From the NCBI RefSeq assembly GCF_039654945.1, contig NW_027361738.1:86676001-86740000 (forward strand): a stretch of DNA of 64,000 bases, given 5' to 3'. How positions within the stretch are numbered: position 1 is the stretch's first letter; every line of letters begins with the position of its first letter. Source of the DNA: Dendrobates tinctorius. Taxonomy: Eukaryota. Under the pieces are notes generated by a model. That model did not search any database and had not been told where the DNA came from. It saw nothing but the letters and a program-made list of their open reading frames with translations. Both the position numbers and the translations under genes were made by a program. Positions 32,656 through 44,840 of this stretch are shown here, one piece after another.

Positions 32656-33340
32656 AGGGGCAGTGCGGAGAGAATATTATGGAAAGGGGCAGTGTGGGGG
32701 ACATTACGGAGAGGGGTTGTGTGGGTTCGTTGGTTGTGATGCTAAATTTATGCAATGATAGTGGTTCTGGTGCTGTATTCACGTACTGAGGGTGGTCCTG
32801 ATGTTGCAGTTATGTACTGTCAGTGATTCTGGTGATGCATTCATGTACTAATGATGGTTCTCATGCTGTATTCATATATAGACAGTGGTCCTGCTGTCAC
32901 ACGGCATTTTGGTTACTTCGACCAAAAAATGACGTGCCCCGCTGGCCTAATTACACGGGAACAGAAAAGTGTAATGACGGGGGACACCAGGGTGACAAGG
33001 GATGATACAAGGGTGATGGGATGAGGGTGACGGGTGTCAGGGATATCGTGGTGGGAATTTTTGCAGAGATTACGCGCTCATTCTGAGGTCCGGAGTTTTG
33101 CACTTTTGGGGTCACAGCTGTCGGTCACTGGGGAATCACTGACAGTATTTTGGAGGTGTTGTTGCAGTGATGTTGCGGTGTCTGACCTCTGTGGGGAGGT
33201 CACTGCAGGCGCTACTAGTAGTTTCCCCCTTTCCTTGTCACATTACGAGTGTTGTCTTGCAGCCTCAGTCACGCGTGGACGGTCAGCAGTGACCACGCCA
33301 CGCACGGTCACACACTCCGATCCGCGGACGGTTCTCCTCA

Positions 33341-34717
33341 GGCTAGTTTCACACTTGCTTTTTTTTGCAGCGCGTTTTTCCCGCAAAAAAACGCATTGAA
33401 AAAACGCATACAAAAGCATACAACTGCTGCGTTTTTTTCAAGCATTTTTATGAGCATGCATGAAAAAAACGCAGCGTTTTTATGCGTTTGTATGCGTTTT
33501 TAGTGCGTTTTTACCGCGTTTGCGTTTTTTTCCAACATTAGGTGGCCCCTCACACTAACCCAAACCATGACTTTACTAACCCTAACCCTGACCCTAACCC
33601 TTAACCCTAACCCTGACCCTAACCTAACCCTGACCCTAACCCTTAACCAAACCATACTTAACCCTAACCCTGACCCTAACCCTTAATCAAACCATACTTA
33701 ACCCTAACCCAAACCCTAACTAACCTTAACCCTAACCCTGACCCTAACCCTGACCCTAAACCTTNNNNNNNNNNNNNNNNNNNNNNNNNNNNNNNNNNNN
33801 NNNNNNNNNNNNNNNNNNNNNNNNNNNNNNNNNNNNNNNNNNNNNNNNNNNNNNNNNNNNNNNNNNNNNNNNNNNNNNNNNNNNNNNNNNNNNNNNNNNN
33901 NNNNNNNNNNNNNNNNNNNNNNNNNNNNNNNNNNNNNNNNNNNNNNNNNNNNNNNNNNNNNNNNNNNNNNNNNNNNNNNTTAACCCTAACCCTGACCATA
34001 ACCCTAACCCTGACCCTAACCCTTAACCAAACCATACTTAACCCTAACCCTGACTCTAACCCTGACCCTAACCCTTAACCAAACCATACTTAACCCTAAC
34101 CCTAACCCTTAACCAAACCATACTTAACCCTAACCCTGACCCTNNNNNNNNNNNNNNNNNNNNNNNNNNNNNNNNNNNNNNNNNNNNNNNNNNNNNNNNN
34201 NNNNNNNNNNNNNNNNNNNNNNNNNNNNNNNNNNNNNNNNNNNNNNNNNNNNNNNNNNNNNNNNNNNNNNNNNNNNNNNNNNNNNNNNNNNNNNNNNNNN
34301 NNNNNNNNNNNNNNNNNNNNNNNNNNNNNNNNNNNNNNCCTTAACTAACCCTAACTTTACCCAAACCCCTAAATTCCATTGTCTAAACTAATGGTAAAAC
34401 AAAAAAACGCATGTGCAAAAAAACGCATACATGAGCATGCCAGTGCGCACGTATGCGCATCCATAGGCTATAATGGCCAATTTTAGCGCAAAACGTGCGC
34501 ATACGTGCGCATGCGCTTTTTTGCAGGGCCAAAAAATGCAACATGCTGCGTCTGGAAAATACAAACGCACACCCCAAAAAAACGCAGCGCATGAAAATCG
34601 CATACGTGCGCTTACCAGCGCGCAGGTATGCGCACCCATGTTAAATATAGGGGAAAAAACGCATGCGCACGTATGCGTTTTTTTCCAGCGCAAAAAAACG
34701 CAAATGTGAAACCAGCC
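33341..34717. mobile_element. PIF/Harbinger-type MITE containing telomere-like repeats, in the slc25a13 upstream region
   Basis: TIRs GGCTAGTTTCACACTTGC and GCAAATGTGAAACCAGCC, 3-bp TSD TCA/TCA, subterminal AAAAACGCA/TGCGTTTTT repeats. Confidence 0.85.
33555..34372. repeat. Interstitial telomere-like array (CCCTAA with CCCTGA and CCTTAA variants) containing two N runs
   Basis: (taaccc)n is visible. N runs at 33765-33979 and 34144-34338, so the true length is unknown. Confidence 0.9.
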
Positions 34718-34720
34718 TCA

Positions 34721-34892
34721 CTTGTCACCTCTGCGGAGTCTGTTCACCGACGAAGGACGTCTGACCACGTGACAGCACAGAGGGCGGGAAGCGATGCGGG
34801 CCAATCAGCTTGCACGCTTCGGCCAGTGTGGGCGGAGCCGCTGTGACGTGTCGGGGAAGCGTCAGATGGGAAGTGTGTGAGTTGTGTACAGC
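34721..34892 (+). promoter_or_regulatory. slc25a13: slc25a13 proximal promoter and 5'UTR (TATA-less, CpG-rich)
   Basis: E-box CACGTGAC 34766-34773 (USF/TFE-type), GC boxes at ~34782 and ~34830, CCAAT 34801-34805, CRE-like TGACGT 34844-34849. High CpG density continues to ~35050. Confidence 0.75.
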
Positions 34893-34904
34893 ATGGCCGC
34901 CAAG
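34893..34904 (+). CDS. slc25a13: slc25a13 (citrin, mitochondrial aspartate/glutamate carrier 2) coding exon 1: ATG GCC GCC AAG = MAAK
   Basis: ATG in context (cagcATGG) inside a CpG-rich promoter, followed by donor AAG|GTAGGT. Splices in phase 0 to 58385-58438 to give [22 protein letters not shown], matching the vertebrate citrin N-terminus (human [23 protein letters not shown], from memory). Confidence 0.93.
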
Positions 34905-35103
34905 GTAGGTGCCCGGAGCCGGGGACAGCAGAAGCCGGGGGACGCGAGAGCGCAGGAGGTTGGCAGCGGCCGCCGGAGGGAGGAGGACGCACTGTGTGAC
35001 CTGTCAGCCCCGGGTGGCCGCGGGAAAGCCGGTGACCTAGGGCCTGTCCTTGTGTGAGGGGTCAGGATGTACTTGACAGGTGATATCTGATGCTGGAGGG
35101 CGA

Positions 35104-36587
35104 GTCCTCCAGGGACCGGCGGTACTCCCACTATATACAGCTGTGGTGTCCTCCAGGGACCGGCGGTACTCCCATTATATACAGCTGTGGTGTCCTCCAG
35201 GGACCGGCGGTACTCCCATTATATACAGCTGTGGTGTCCTCCAGGGACCGGCGGTACTCCCACTATATACAGCTGTGGTGTCCTCCAGGGACCGGCGGTA
35301 CTCCCATTATATACAGCTGCGTGGTGTCCTCCAGGGACTGACTGTACTCCCATTATATACAGCTGCGTGGTGTCCTCCAGGGACCGGTGGTACTCCCATT
35401 ATATACAGCTGTGGTGTCCTCCAGGGACCGGCGGTACTCCCACTATATACAGCTGTGGTGTCCTCCAGGGACCGGCGGTACTCCCATTATATACAGCTGC
35501 GTGGTGTCCTCCAGGGACTGACTGTACTCCCATTATATACAGCTGCGTGGTGTCCTCCAGGGACCGGTGGTACTCCCATTATATACAGCTGTGGTGTCCT
35601 CCAGGGACCGGCGGTACTCCCACTATATACAGCTGTGGTGTCCTCCAGGGACCGGCGGTACTCCCATTATATACAGCTGCGTGGTGTCCTCCAGGGACTG
35701 ACTGTACTCCCATTATATACAGCTGCGTGGTGTCCTCCAGGGACCGGTGGTACTCCCATTATATACAGCTGTGGTGTCCTCCAGGGACCGGCGGTACTCC
35801 CATTATATACAGCTGTGGTGTCCTCCAGGGACCGGCGGTACTCCCATCAGATACAGCTGTGGTGTCCTCCAGGGACTGGCTGTACTCCCATTATATACAG
35901 CTGAGTGGTGTCCTCCAGGGACTGGCTGTACTCCCATTATATACAGCTGAGTGGTGTCCTCCAGGGACTGACTGTACTCCCATTATATACAGCTGAGTGG
36001 TGTCCTCCAGGGATCGGCGGTACTCCCATTATATACAGCTGAGTGGTGTCCTCCAGGGATCGGCGGTACTTTCATTATACACAGCTGAGTGATGTCCTCC
36101 GGGGACCGGTGGTACTCCCATTATATACTGCTGAGTGGTGTCCTCCATGGACTGACTGTACTCCCATTATATACTGCTGAGTGGTGTCCTCCAGGGACCG
36201 GCGGTACTTTCGTTATACACAGCTGAGTGATGTCCTCCAGTGACCGGCGGTACTCCCATTATATACAGCTGAGTGGTGTCCTCCAGGGACTGACTGTACT
36301 CCCATTATATACAGCTGCGTGGTGTCCTCCAGGGACCGGAGGTACTCCCATTATATACAGCTGCGTGGTGTCCTCCAGGGACCGGAGGTACTCCCATTAT
36401 ATACAGCTGAGTGGTGTCCTCCAGGGACTGACTGTACTCCCATTATATACAGCTGAGTGGTGTCCTCCAGGGACTGACTGTACTCCCATTATATACAGCT
36501 GCGTGGTGTCCTCCAGGGACCGGAGGTACTCCCATTATATACAGCTGAGTGGTGTCCTCCAGGGACTGGCTTTATTCCCATTATAGA
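35104..36587. repeat. 44/46-bp minisatellite (GTGGTGTCCTCCAGGGACCGGCGGTACTCCCATTATATACAGCT), about 33 copies
   Basis: Direct periodicity, with a 180-bp higher-order period (44+44+46+46) at 35221-35780. Confidence 0.95.
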
Positions 36588-36844
36588 CAGATGGGGGTAG
36601 TAGTTTCTGTTGTAGGTGAATGCAATCAAGTATCAGATCTACATTATAGCCCTCCAAGAAAGGGTGGTACACTCTGCTCCTATTCTAAAATCTTTGTCCA
36701 TATGAGGTAATCCCATTGTAGGTAGTTAAAAGTTGTTCTTCAACTCTGGATAGGGCTGGTATTCCTGTAACACACAGCTGATTCCAGTTAATTCTTCTAT
36801 AATGCATATATATTATATAGAACCCCCCCAAAAAGACTAGTGTT

Positions 36845-37912
36845 GCTGTTCACTGACACCTTGTCCAGAGGCGGTCCTCCCAGGGGCTGTTCACTAACAC
36901 CTTGTCCCGTGGCGGTCGTCCCCAGGGGCTGTTCACTAACACCTTGTCCCGTGGCGGTCGTCCCCAGGGGCTGTTCACTAACACCTTGTCCCGTGGCGGT
37001 CGTCCCCAGGGGCTGTTCACTAGCACCTTGCCCAGAGGCGGTCGTCCCCAGGGGCTGTTCACTAGCACCTTGCCCAGAGGTGGTCCTCCCCAGGGGCTGT
37101 TCACTAGCACCTTGCCCAGAGGTGGTCCTCCCCAGGGGCTGATCACTAGCACCTTGCCCAGAGGTGGTCCTCCCCAGGGGCTGTTCACTAGCACCTTGCC
37201 CAGAGGTGGTCCTCCCCAGGGGCTGATCACTAGCACCTTGCCCAGAGGTGGTCCTCCCCAGGGGCTGATCACTAGCACCTTGCCCAGAGGTGGTCCTCCC
37301 CAGGGGCTGATCACTAGCACCTTGCCCAGAGGTGGTCCTCCCCAGGGGCTGATCACTAGCACCTTGCCCAGAGGTGGTCCTCCCCAGGGGCTGTTCACTA
37401 GCACCTTGCCCAGAGGTGGTCCTCCCCAGGGGCTGTTCACTAGCACCTTGCCCAGAGGTGGTCCTCCCCAGGGGCTGTTCACTAGCACCTTGCCCAGAGG
37501 TGGTCCTCCCCAGGGGCTGTTCACTAGCACCTTGCCCAGAGGTGGTCCTCCCCAGGGGCTGTTCACTAGCACCTTGCCCAGAGGTGGTCCTCCCCAGGGG
37601 CTGTTCACTAGCACCTTGCCCAGAGGTGGTCCTCCCCAGGGGCTGTTCACTAGCACCTTGCCCAGAGGTGGTCCTCCCCAGGGGCTGTTCACTAGCACCT
37701 TGCCCAGAGGTGGTCCTCCCCAGGGGCTGTTCACTAGCACCTTGCCCAGAGGTGGTCCTCCCCAGGGGCTGTTCACTAGCACCTTGCCCAGAGGTGGTCC
37801 TCCTCAGGGGCTGTTCACTAGCACCTTGCCCAGAGGTGGTCCTCCCCAGGGGCTGTTCACTAGCACCTTGCCCAGAGGTTGTCTTCCCCAGGGGCTGTTC
37901 ACTAATAACCTG
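36845..37912. repeat. 42-bp minisatellite (GGGGCTGTTCACTAGCACCTTGCCCAGAGGTGGTCCTCCCCA), about 25 copies
   Basis: Direct periodicity; it explains the repetitive ORFs at 36797-38020. Confidence 0.95.
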
Positions 37913-38021
37913 TCCACTAAACCTACAAATTCCATCCACACTTTAACTTTACTTACGACTGTTGTATATGAACTGATGAATTATAAAGTGCAGCGGAATA
38001 TGTTGGCACTATATAAATAGA

Positions 38022-38796
38022 CTAGCTGAAGAGCCCGGCGCTGTCCGGGCATAGTAACTAAATGTGGTTAGTTATAGCAAATTATAATTATCCTCCATCC
38101 CATAGTCCCGTGCCCATATACCCATCATACATATCCTCCATCCCATAGTCCCGTGCCCATATACCCATCATACATATTCTCCATCCCATAGTCCCGTGCC
38201 CATATACCCATCATACATATCCTCCATCCCATAGTCCCGTGCCCATATACCCATCATACATATCCTCCATCCCATAGTCGAATGCCCATATACCCATCAT
38301 ACACATCCTCCATCCCATAGTCCCGTGCCCATATTCCCATCATACATATCCTTCATCCCATAGTCGAATGCCCATATACCCATCACACATCCTCCATCCC
38401 ATAGTCCCGTGCCCATATACCCATCATACATATTCTCCATCCCATAGTCCCATGCCCATATACCTATCATACACATCCTCCATCCCATAGTCAACCATTA
38501 TGACATCATAATGAGCGGCGGCAGGGCTTGCAAGCCATGATGACATCAGCGTCGCCATGGCAACCATTATGACATCATAATGAGGGGCGGGGCTTGATAC
38601 GCACACACTTTTTCCCCCAGTATGTAGATAGGGGCAAAATTGTTTGGTGAATTGTTGGAACGCGTGGGGTTAAAATTTCACCTCACAACATAGCTTAGGA
38701 CGCTCTCGGGGTCCAGACGTGTGACTGTGCCAAATTTTGTGGCTGTAGCTGCGACGGTGCACACACACACACACACTTTGAGCTTTATATATTAGA
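38022..38796 (-). mobile_element. Non-autonomous Helitron carrying a 43-bp minisatellite
   Basis: Minus strand starts TC (38796) and ends CTAG (38022), inserted between A and T with no TSD. Subterminal hairpin GCCCGG-cgctgt-CCGGGC at 38033-38050. Repeat cctccatcccatagtcccgtgcccatatacccatcatacatat at ~38090-38490. Confidence 0.82.
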
Positions 38797-38961
38797 TTAT
38801 TTACAACAGGGAGCCCATATTGTAACCCCAAAGTTCTATTTCATAGAATGTTATAGTTGTAAGGGACCCCCAGGGTCCTTGTATCCAACCCCCTGCTCAA
38901 TGCAGAAGTCGCTAAATCATTTTTTGGGTTCCATTAAAAATGTTAAACATTTTGACATTTA

Positions 38962-39309
38962 GGGCTCGTTCACACGTCCGATTTTTCGAGTGCTGTTAAT
39001 GGTTTCCACAGATATCACTCATACCTCTGATAGTCTGCGGGGCTTTGCACGACTGAATTTTTTTTTTTTTTTTCCTTTCATCGAGAGGTGCACAGAAAAT
39101 GTCAGACATGTCCAATTTTATACAAGTCTATGGGTCCGTGAAAGCTTCGTACCACACTCGGATGACATCCAAGTACAGTCCAATTTTCACGGATTCTTTG
39201 AAAGGAGAAGGCAGAGAACGTTTTTTTTTTTTCTCCTCCAAGTACACGTAAAAAAGTCTGCTCTCAGTTTTCTGCGTACATGGAGAATACTGATGTCTGA
39301 ATGAACCCT
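38962..39309. mobile_element. Harbinger-type MITE (diverged)
   Basis: Termini GGGCTCGTTCACACGTC and TGTCTGAATGAACCC. Confidence 0.5.
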
Positions 39310-40031
39310 TCCAGACTTTTTCTTTGTGCACATTCAACTTTGATGTGGCTATAAATCACCTAAGAGAAGCTCAGAAAAAGACAGATAAAAAGGAGTTACA
39401 AGTTCACCAATCTGAACTCACTGATGGGTTCTCACACAACTCATTCTGCAGCGCAGAGTGTATTGAAACCAAATTCAAAAATGTTTTTTTCGCTCCAAAT
39501 TTAATAAAAAAAAAAAAAAAAAATTAAAAAAATTCCCAAAGGGGGACTAGTCCTTTTTAAAGGTGATATGGAGTAACTCTGCACCGGGAGCTGAAGTGCT
39601 GCCGATGTGGCGCTTACCTCGTGGGTATCATGCAAGTCTTATTGGGATAGGATGCATTTGCAGTATCTGATACAAGAGGGGCCGTATAACCCCCCTTTAA
39701 TAAGTAAAATGCTGTTCTGTTTCCATATTATGGCGGCGTTGCTTCCTGTGAAGGTCTCGCAGAGATGTCATACGGCTGGGGTCTGTGCACCATACTATGA
39801 ATGGGAGTATAGATGTAGATCCGATGTCAGGTGTCGCTCGTATATAGTCCTCAGGAGGTCAGGGGTCTCTTGCCCCCCCCCCCGGGGTTGGTGTGTGGCT
39901 TCTGATGCTGACCAGATGAGCTGCATCCCTGGGTCTATGGGCCGATTACATCACAACGTCTGCAGTGATTGCAGCAAGATCCCGGCTCTGCTCTGCGTCC
40001 ACTGAAGGTTAATGTCATTTGGCCGTCTGTG

Positions 40032-40062
<31 letters not shown>

Positions 40063-40591
40063 TCTCCCCTTTACTTTGCGTTTGTTATTCCTAGCAGGTT
40101 ACATGAGCGTTCAGTCCCGGACACTGATCCGATGTGACAGCAGACGGGGTAATCGGATGAGGTCTCCTAGAAGGAGCGGTCGCGTGTATTTCCTGTAGGA
40201 CCTGGACAGATACAATGTGGGGGGAAAACTGCTAAATTGTTTTTAATTATATGCAACATTGTAACAAGTGGAAATCAAGTTACTAATTCTGGGAAAGTGA
40301 GAGCTGTAGTTATGTCAGCACCATAGGGAGACGGGCATGGAAAATAAGAAGACGCTGTCTCATCTGTTTATTTGGGTTTCACCTGGAGAGTTACTACTTT
40401 ATCAATGGAGTCATAAAAACAAATCTTTGGCTCCAAGTTTTACTACACTGCGCACTAGAGTCAGCTCCGGGCAGAGTAGATGCTCTTACGTCCACTCAGG
40501 ACAGATTCATAGCGGATTTTTTTTTTTTTCTCTGATTTTTTTTTTTTTTTTTTTTTCTCCCCCCCCCCCCCCCCCCCCTCTGATTTGTGTA

Positions 40592-40739
40592 GGAGGTGAG
40601 TTCTCCTTCAATAGAAGTCTTCAAACAGAGGATGGACAGACATCTGTCTGGGATGATTTAGTGAATCCTGCTTTGAGCAGGGGGTTGGACCAGATGGCCC
40701 AGGACGTCCCCTCCAACTCTAACATTCTATGATTCTATG
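40592..40739 (+). mobile_element. CR1 LINE 3' end fragment
   Basis: Reads gcagggggttggaccagatggccc...ccaactctaacattctatgattctatg, a CR1 tail. Related pieces at 38841-38920 (-) and 52710-52771 (+). Confidence 0.8.
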
Positions 40740-41993
40740 TATGCATCTAGTTGTGGAATTCATGGCGGCTGCACTGTGAATTTTACGTTTTGCGTTGCGC
40801 TCGTCGTTTTGCAACGTGCCGTGGATTTTCTGCCACTTTTAGCCAGCTGCCTATTTGCCCTTTGTACACCATGAATCGTTCTCCTGTTGCACCACGTTAT
40901 GGCTGTTGTCAGCAAAGCTCTGAATTAGTCTCTTGGGGTTCCCACAGTCACGTCCCGTGCCCAAAGTGGGGTAACTACTTAGACGCTGTCATGAACGGTG
41001 ACCGAGGCATCTAAGGGGTAAAACCATAAGCACAGTTGACTACAATGTCAACATCCCAGTGACAAATCCTCACCAAACGTGCCCCCTTTTTTTTTCGTTC
41101 ATATTCCCATGGTTTTTCTCGGATTAAAATTTCAATTGCGACATGTCACTTTTCCGCCCGAAAACCACAGAACCACAGTGCGTAACCTGTCCGCATGTTA
41201 TTAAACCCATTCTGGAGCTAATGCGTGTCACATTACTGTTAATTCACTCCACCGAAGCAGAATATATAGTAAGATTTAATCTTGCAGCAAGTCAATCCTT
41301 TGTGCGGAATTGATTGTGGGTTGCACGGTTTCTGTGCCAGGAATGAAATCTGTGTTAGATGCGGATTCTTGCTGTGATTTTATGTTTATACCGTTGCTGT
41401 GATTCTTCTGTTAGATGCTTGGATTTTTGTTTTGTCTTTTAAGCCAAATGCCAATTTAAATATAGTTAGACTGCCATATTACTCATGCGGGGGTCCCCGT
41501 CCCTTCGCGCGGGGGTCCCCGTCCCGCCTGAGTCCACTCTTTGATCTTGAGGGTCCCATCTCCCTCTTCCCCCTCCAATCTTGTATTCATATCCCCCTGG
41601 TAATAAGGGTATGCTCACATGGAAATTTTCAACATGGAATTTTTGAGCTGAAAATTCCACATCGGAAAAAGCTGCCTCAAAAAAAAAAAATGCTGTTTTT
41701 GATGTTTTTTCTTGTGTGTGGTTTTTGATTAATTTCTAATTCTAATAGAGGATGTATCAATATCTAAGTTGTGTTTGGTGCTTTTCTGCTGCAAAAATCT
41801 CGCACAAAAATGCACGTTTAGCAACGATTTATCTTGGAAAAGGCACCAAATAAAGTCAGATGACGCTTTTTTAACACTCTCTGATCTGAAGGGTAAGTTC
41901 ACACTAAGCGGTTTTTTTTTTTTCCCGCAGCAAAACCTGATCTCTTGGCAGGAAACAAGCCGAAGAACAAAACATATTTTTTCTTGCGTCTTA

Positions 41994-42369
41994 GGGTATG
42001 TGCACACGTTGTGGATTTGCCTACAGATCCGCAGTGGATTTGGCCCTGTGGATCCGCAGCAGTTTTCCATAGGATGTACAGTACCATGTTATCCTATTGA
42101 AAACAAAAACCACTGTGCACACGCTGCGGAAAAATCCGCGCGGAAACGCTGAAGTTTATTTTCCGCAGCATGCCAATTCTTTGTGTGGATTCTGCAGCGT
42201 TTTTAGACCTATTCCATTATAGGAATCCGTAGGTATAAAAATGCAGGCAAAAAATGCTAAAAATCAGCAGTAAATCCACAGGTAATCCGCAGTAAAAACG
42301 CAGATCTTTTTACCTGCGTATTCTGCGCGGAAAAATCCGCACAGCCATCCGCAACATGTGCACATACCC
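41994..42369. mobile_element. PIF/Harbinger-type MITE
   Basis: TIRs GGGTATGTGCACACGTTG and CAACATGTGCACATACCC, TSD TTA/TTA. Lies among further degraded MITEs at ~41605-42935. Confidence 0.85.
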
Positions 42370-42518
42370 TTATGCTGCGGTTTTGGCATGATGGATCTGT
42401 CTCTTGTGCATGCTGATAAAGTTTAGTGTTGGGGGAAAAAAAAAGTCCTATTTTATAGAATCAGGTTTTGGCACAAAAATCGCAGCAAAACCTGATACCT
42501 GCATTTTTTTGTTACCGA

Positions 42519-42734
42519 TTCATAGAATCGTAGAGTTGGAAGGGACCTCCTGGGCCATCTGGTCCAACCCCCTGCTCAAAGCAGGATTCGCTAAATCATC
42601 CCAGTCAGATGTCTGTCCAGCCTCTGTTTGAAGACTTCCATTGAAGGAGAACTCACCACTTCTCGTGGCAGCTTGTTCCACTCATTGATCACTCTAACTG
42701 TCAAAAAGTTTTTTCTAATATCTAATCTGTGTCT
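42519..42734 (-). mobile_element. CR1 LINE 3' fragment
   Basis: Encodes RLDIRKNFLTVRVINEWNKLPREVV (CR1 RT C-terminus) followed by the CR1 tail. Confidence 0.88.
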
Positions 42735-43159
42735 GAGATTCATTTTAATGGGTGAAAAACGCTGCAAGTGACACGCTCTATTGTGCAAAAAAAATGGAAA
42801 TCACAATCCTGATAAAAAAAACCAATGTGTGTGCGCATGAGATTTCTGCAAACTCATAGACTTTCCTGGTACTATAAAACGAAGCTGACAATTTGCATTA
42901 AATAAACTGCAAAAACGCCTAGTGTGAGCTTAGCCTAAATGTGACTTGATCACCTTAGTTGCACTTTCTCTTATTCAAATGAGTGGGAAGCTGAGTGTTG
43001 TGAGCAAGTTTTGAAGTGGTTTTTGGCACAGAATCTGATCTCAAACCATGTGAAATAAAATAAAAATTGTGTGAACGAAGCCAATTGTTTTTTTTTTTTT
43101 GTGTGTGTAGCTTTGTATACTCATTGCATATGGAGTAAAGTTATTTCTTTTCATATTTA

Positions 43160-43964
43160 GGCTATGTGCCCACGTTGCAGAAATACTGCGGAGTTGGCCG
43201 CAGCATTTCCGGAACTCCCCACCGTGGGTAAAACGCATCTGGTATTCGCATGCGTTTTTTAGCTTGCAGAATGCTAGCGTTTTTCCAAGCGATTTGAAGC
43301 ATCACTTAGAAAAGCGATTGACAGGTTGGTCACACTCGTCAAACATAGTGCTTGAGAAGCGTGACCAACTTTTTATGTTAAAAATAATTAAAAAAAAAAA
43401 AAAATAGGGATGTACTCACTTTCTGTTGGTCCCCTGGAGCCCTCCCGGTCGTCATTGTCGCTGGCGGCAAGTTCCATTCCCAGGGATGCCTTACGACAAT
43501 GACCTCTGATGACGTAGCGGTCTTGCGAGACGGCTACGTCATCAGAGGTTATTCGCGCAATGCATCCCTGGGAATGGAACTTGCCGGCAGCGTGGCTGAG
43601 AGGCGGAAGGACTCCGACAGAGGGTGAGTATATTCCTATTTATTCTTTTTCTATTTACAGGAATATGGTACCCAGGGCATGGAGGAGAGTCTCCTCTCCT
43701 CCAGACCCTGGGTACCATCCGCACATGAAGCGCTCACTTTACGCATGGTGGGCATAGCCACATGCATAAAGTGAGCGTTTCAATGCCATCCTATGGCGGC
43801 GGAATTGCCGCGATTCCACAGAAATAATGGACATGCTTGCGGATTTTACCGCAATGCGATTCTGCAGCGGTAAAATCCGCAGCATTGACACAGCAACTGC
43901 GGAATCCCATAGGATAAAAAAGCTTAAAAAAAAAAAAAAAAAAAAGCAACGTGGCTACATAGCC
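43160..43964. mobile_element. PIF/Harbinger-type MITE with a central long palindrome
   Basis: TIRs GGCTATGTGCCCACGTTGC and GCAACGTGGCTACATAGCC, TSD TTA/TTA. Internal inverted repeat at ~43462-43589. Confidence 0.85.
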
Positions 43965-44840
43965 TTAAAGTTTTCCAAACTATTTTGTTTACAGCTCCTA
44001 TGCAGACTGTCTCCATGGCAACAGACAAAAAACAAGCAAACTTTGATCTTTTAAGTTATATACCTTTCCACCTGTCGTCTACCATGTGGCAGGTTGGCTA
44101 AAAGTGGAGGACAAATGGAAGAAAGCATGAGACTGCAGGATCACACTACATAGTTTTTCAGTCTGTTACCATGGCGAAGAATGAATAAAACAATGACCCC
44201 TGTTTTTTTTTTTTTTTTTTTGTTTTTGTTTTTTTTCTTCTCCTAAAACTTGTCTATCCCCCCCCCCCCCCCCCCCCCAAAAAAAATGTTGCCCATGGAG
44301 GAAGGGGGGGGGGAGTGAAAGGGCAAAAATGAAAATTAGTCTCCCCGTCCGGGAAGGGTTAATAAAGGTGTTAATAAAGCAATAAGATTGTTCATATAAT
44401 ACATGGACCGGTCTTTGTTATCCAGAGCAGGCGACTCTCTCCAGAGACCATCTTTTCTCTGGCTTATAGTTCCAAAGCCCTAAATGGGGGACCTGCACCT
44501 CAACTGGCTTTACTGATGATGGACGCCATTCCCAAAGCTGGGTCACTTGCCGTGTTACTCCATAGCTGAGGCTTCTGCCGGCTGATGGTCTGTCCATAAG
44601 TCCCTGTTATCTGCAGTCATGTTTCATTGTGCAATGTTGCACGCGGTCCCTGACCTGCCGTGTATAAAAATCACATGCCGTGTGCATGCTAGGCTTTACT
44701 TTGTTACCTGTTCCGCGTCGTGTTTGTTTAGGATCGCAGGCACGTGGCCGAGATTAGTAAATGATTTCAAGGTGCAGAGAGCAGGAACAGTGAGGTTATT
44801 CCGGGTCTAACAAGCACTCTCATTGCTATATATATAGATA

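Noticed and set aside
33555-34372. True telomere or chromosome fusion site
   Set aside because: The repeats are degenerate, all in one orientation, and enclosed by MITE TIRs with a TSD.
34893-34904. Prohibitin (also starts MAAK) or aralar/slc25a12 as the gene
   Set aside because: The downstream exon [16 protein letters not shown] is citrin-specific.
35080-38020. Repetitive ORFs (e.g. SEQPLGRTTSGQGA) resembling mucin or structural proteins
   Set aside because: They are translations of the 44/46-bp and 42-bp minisatellites inside slc25a13 intron 1.
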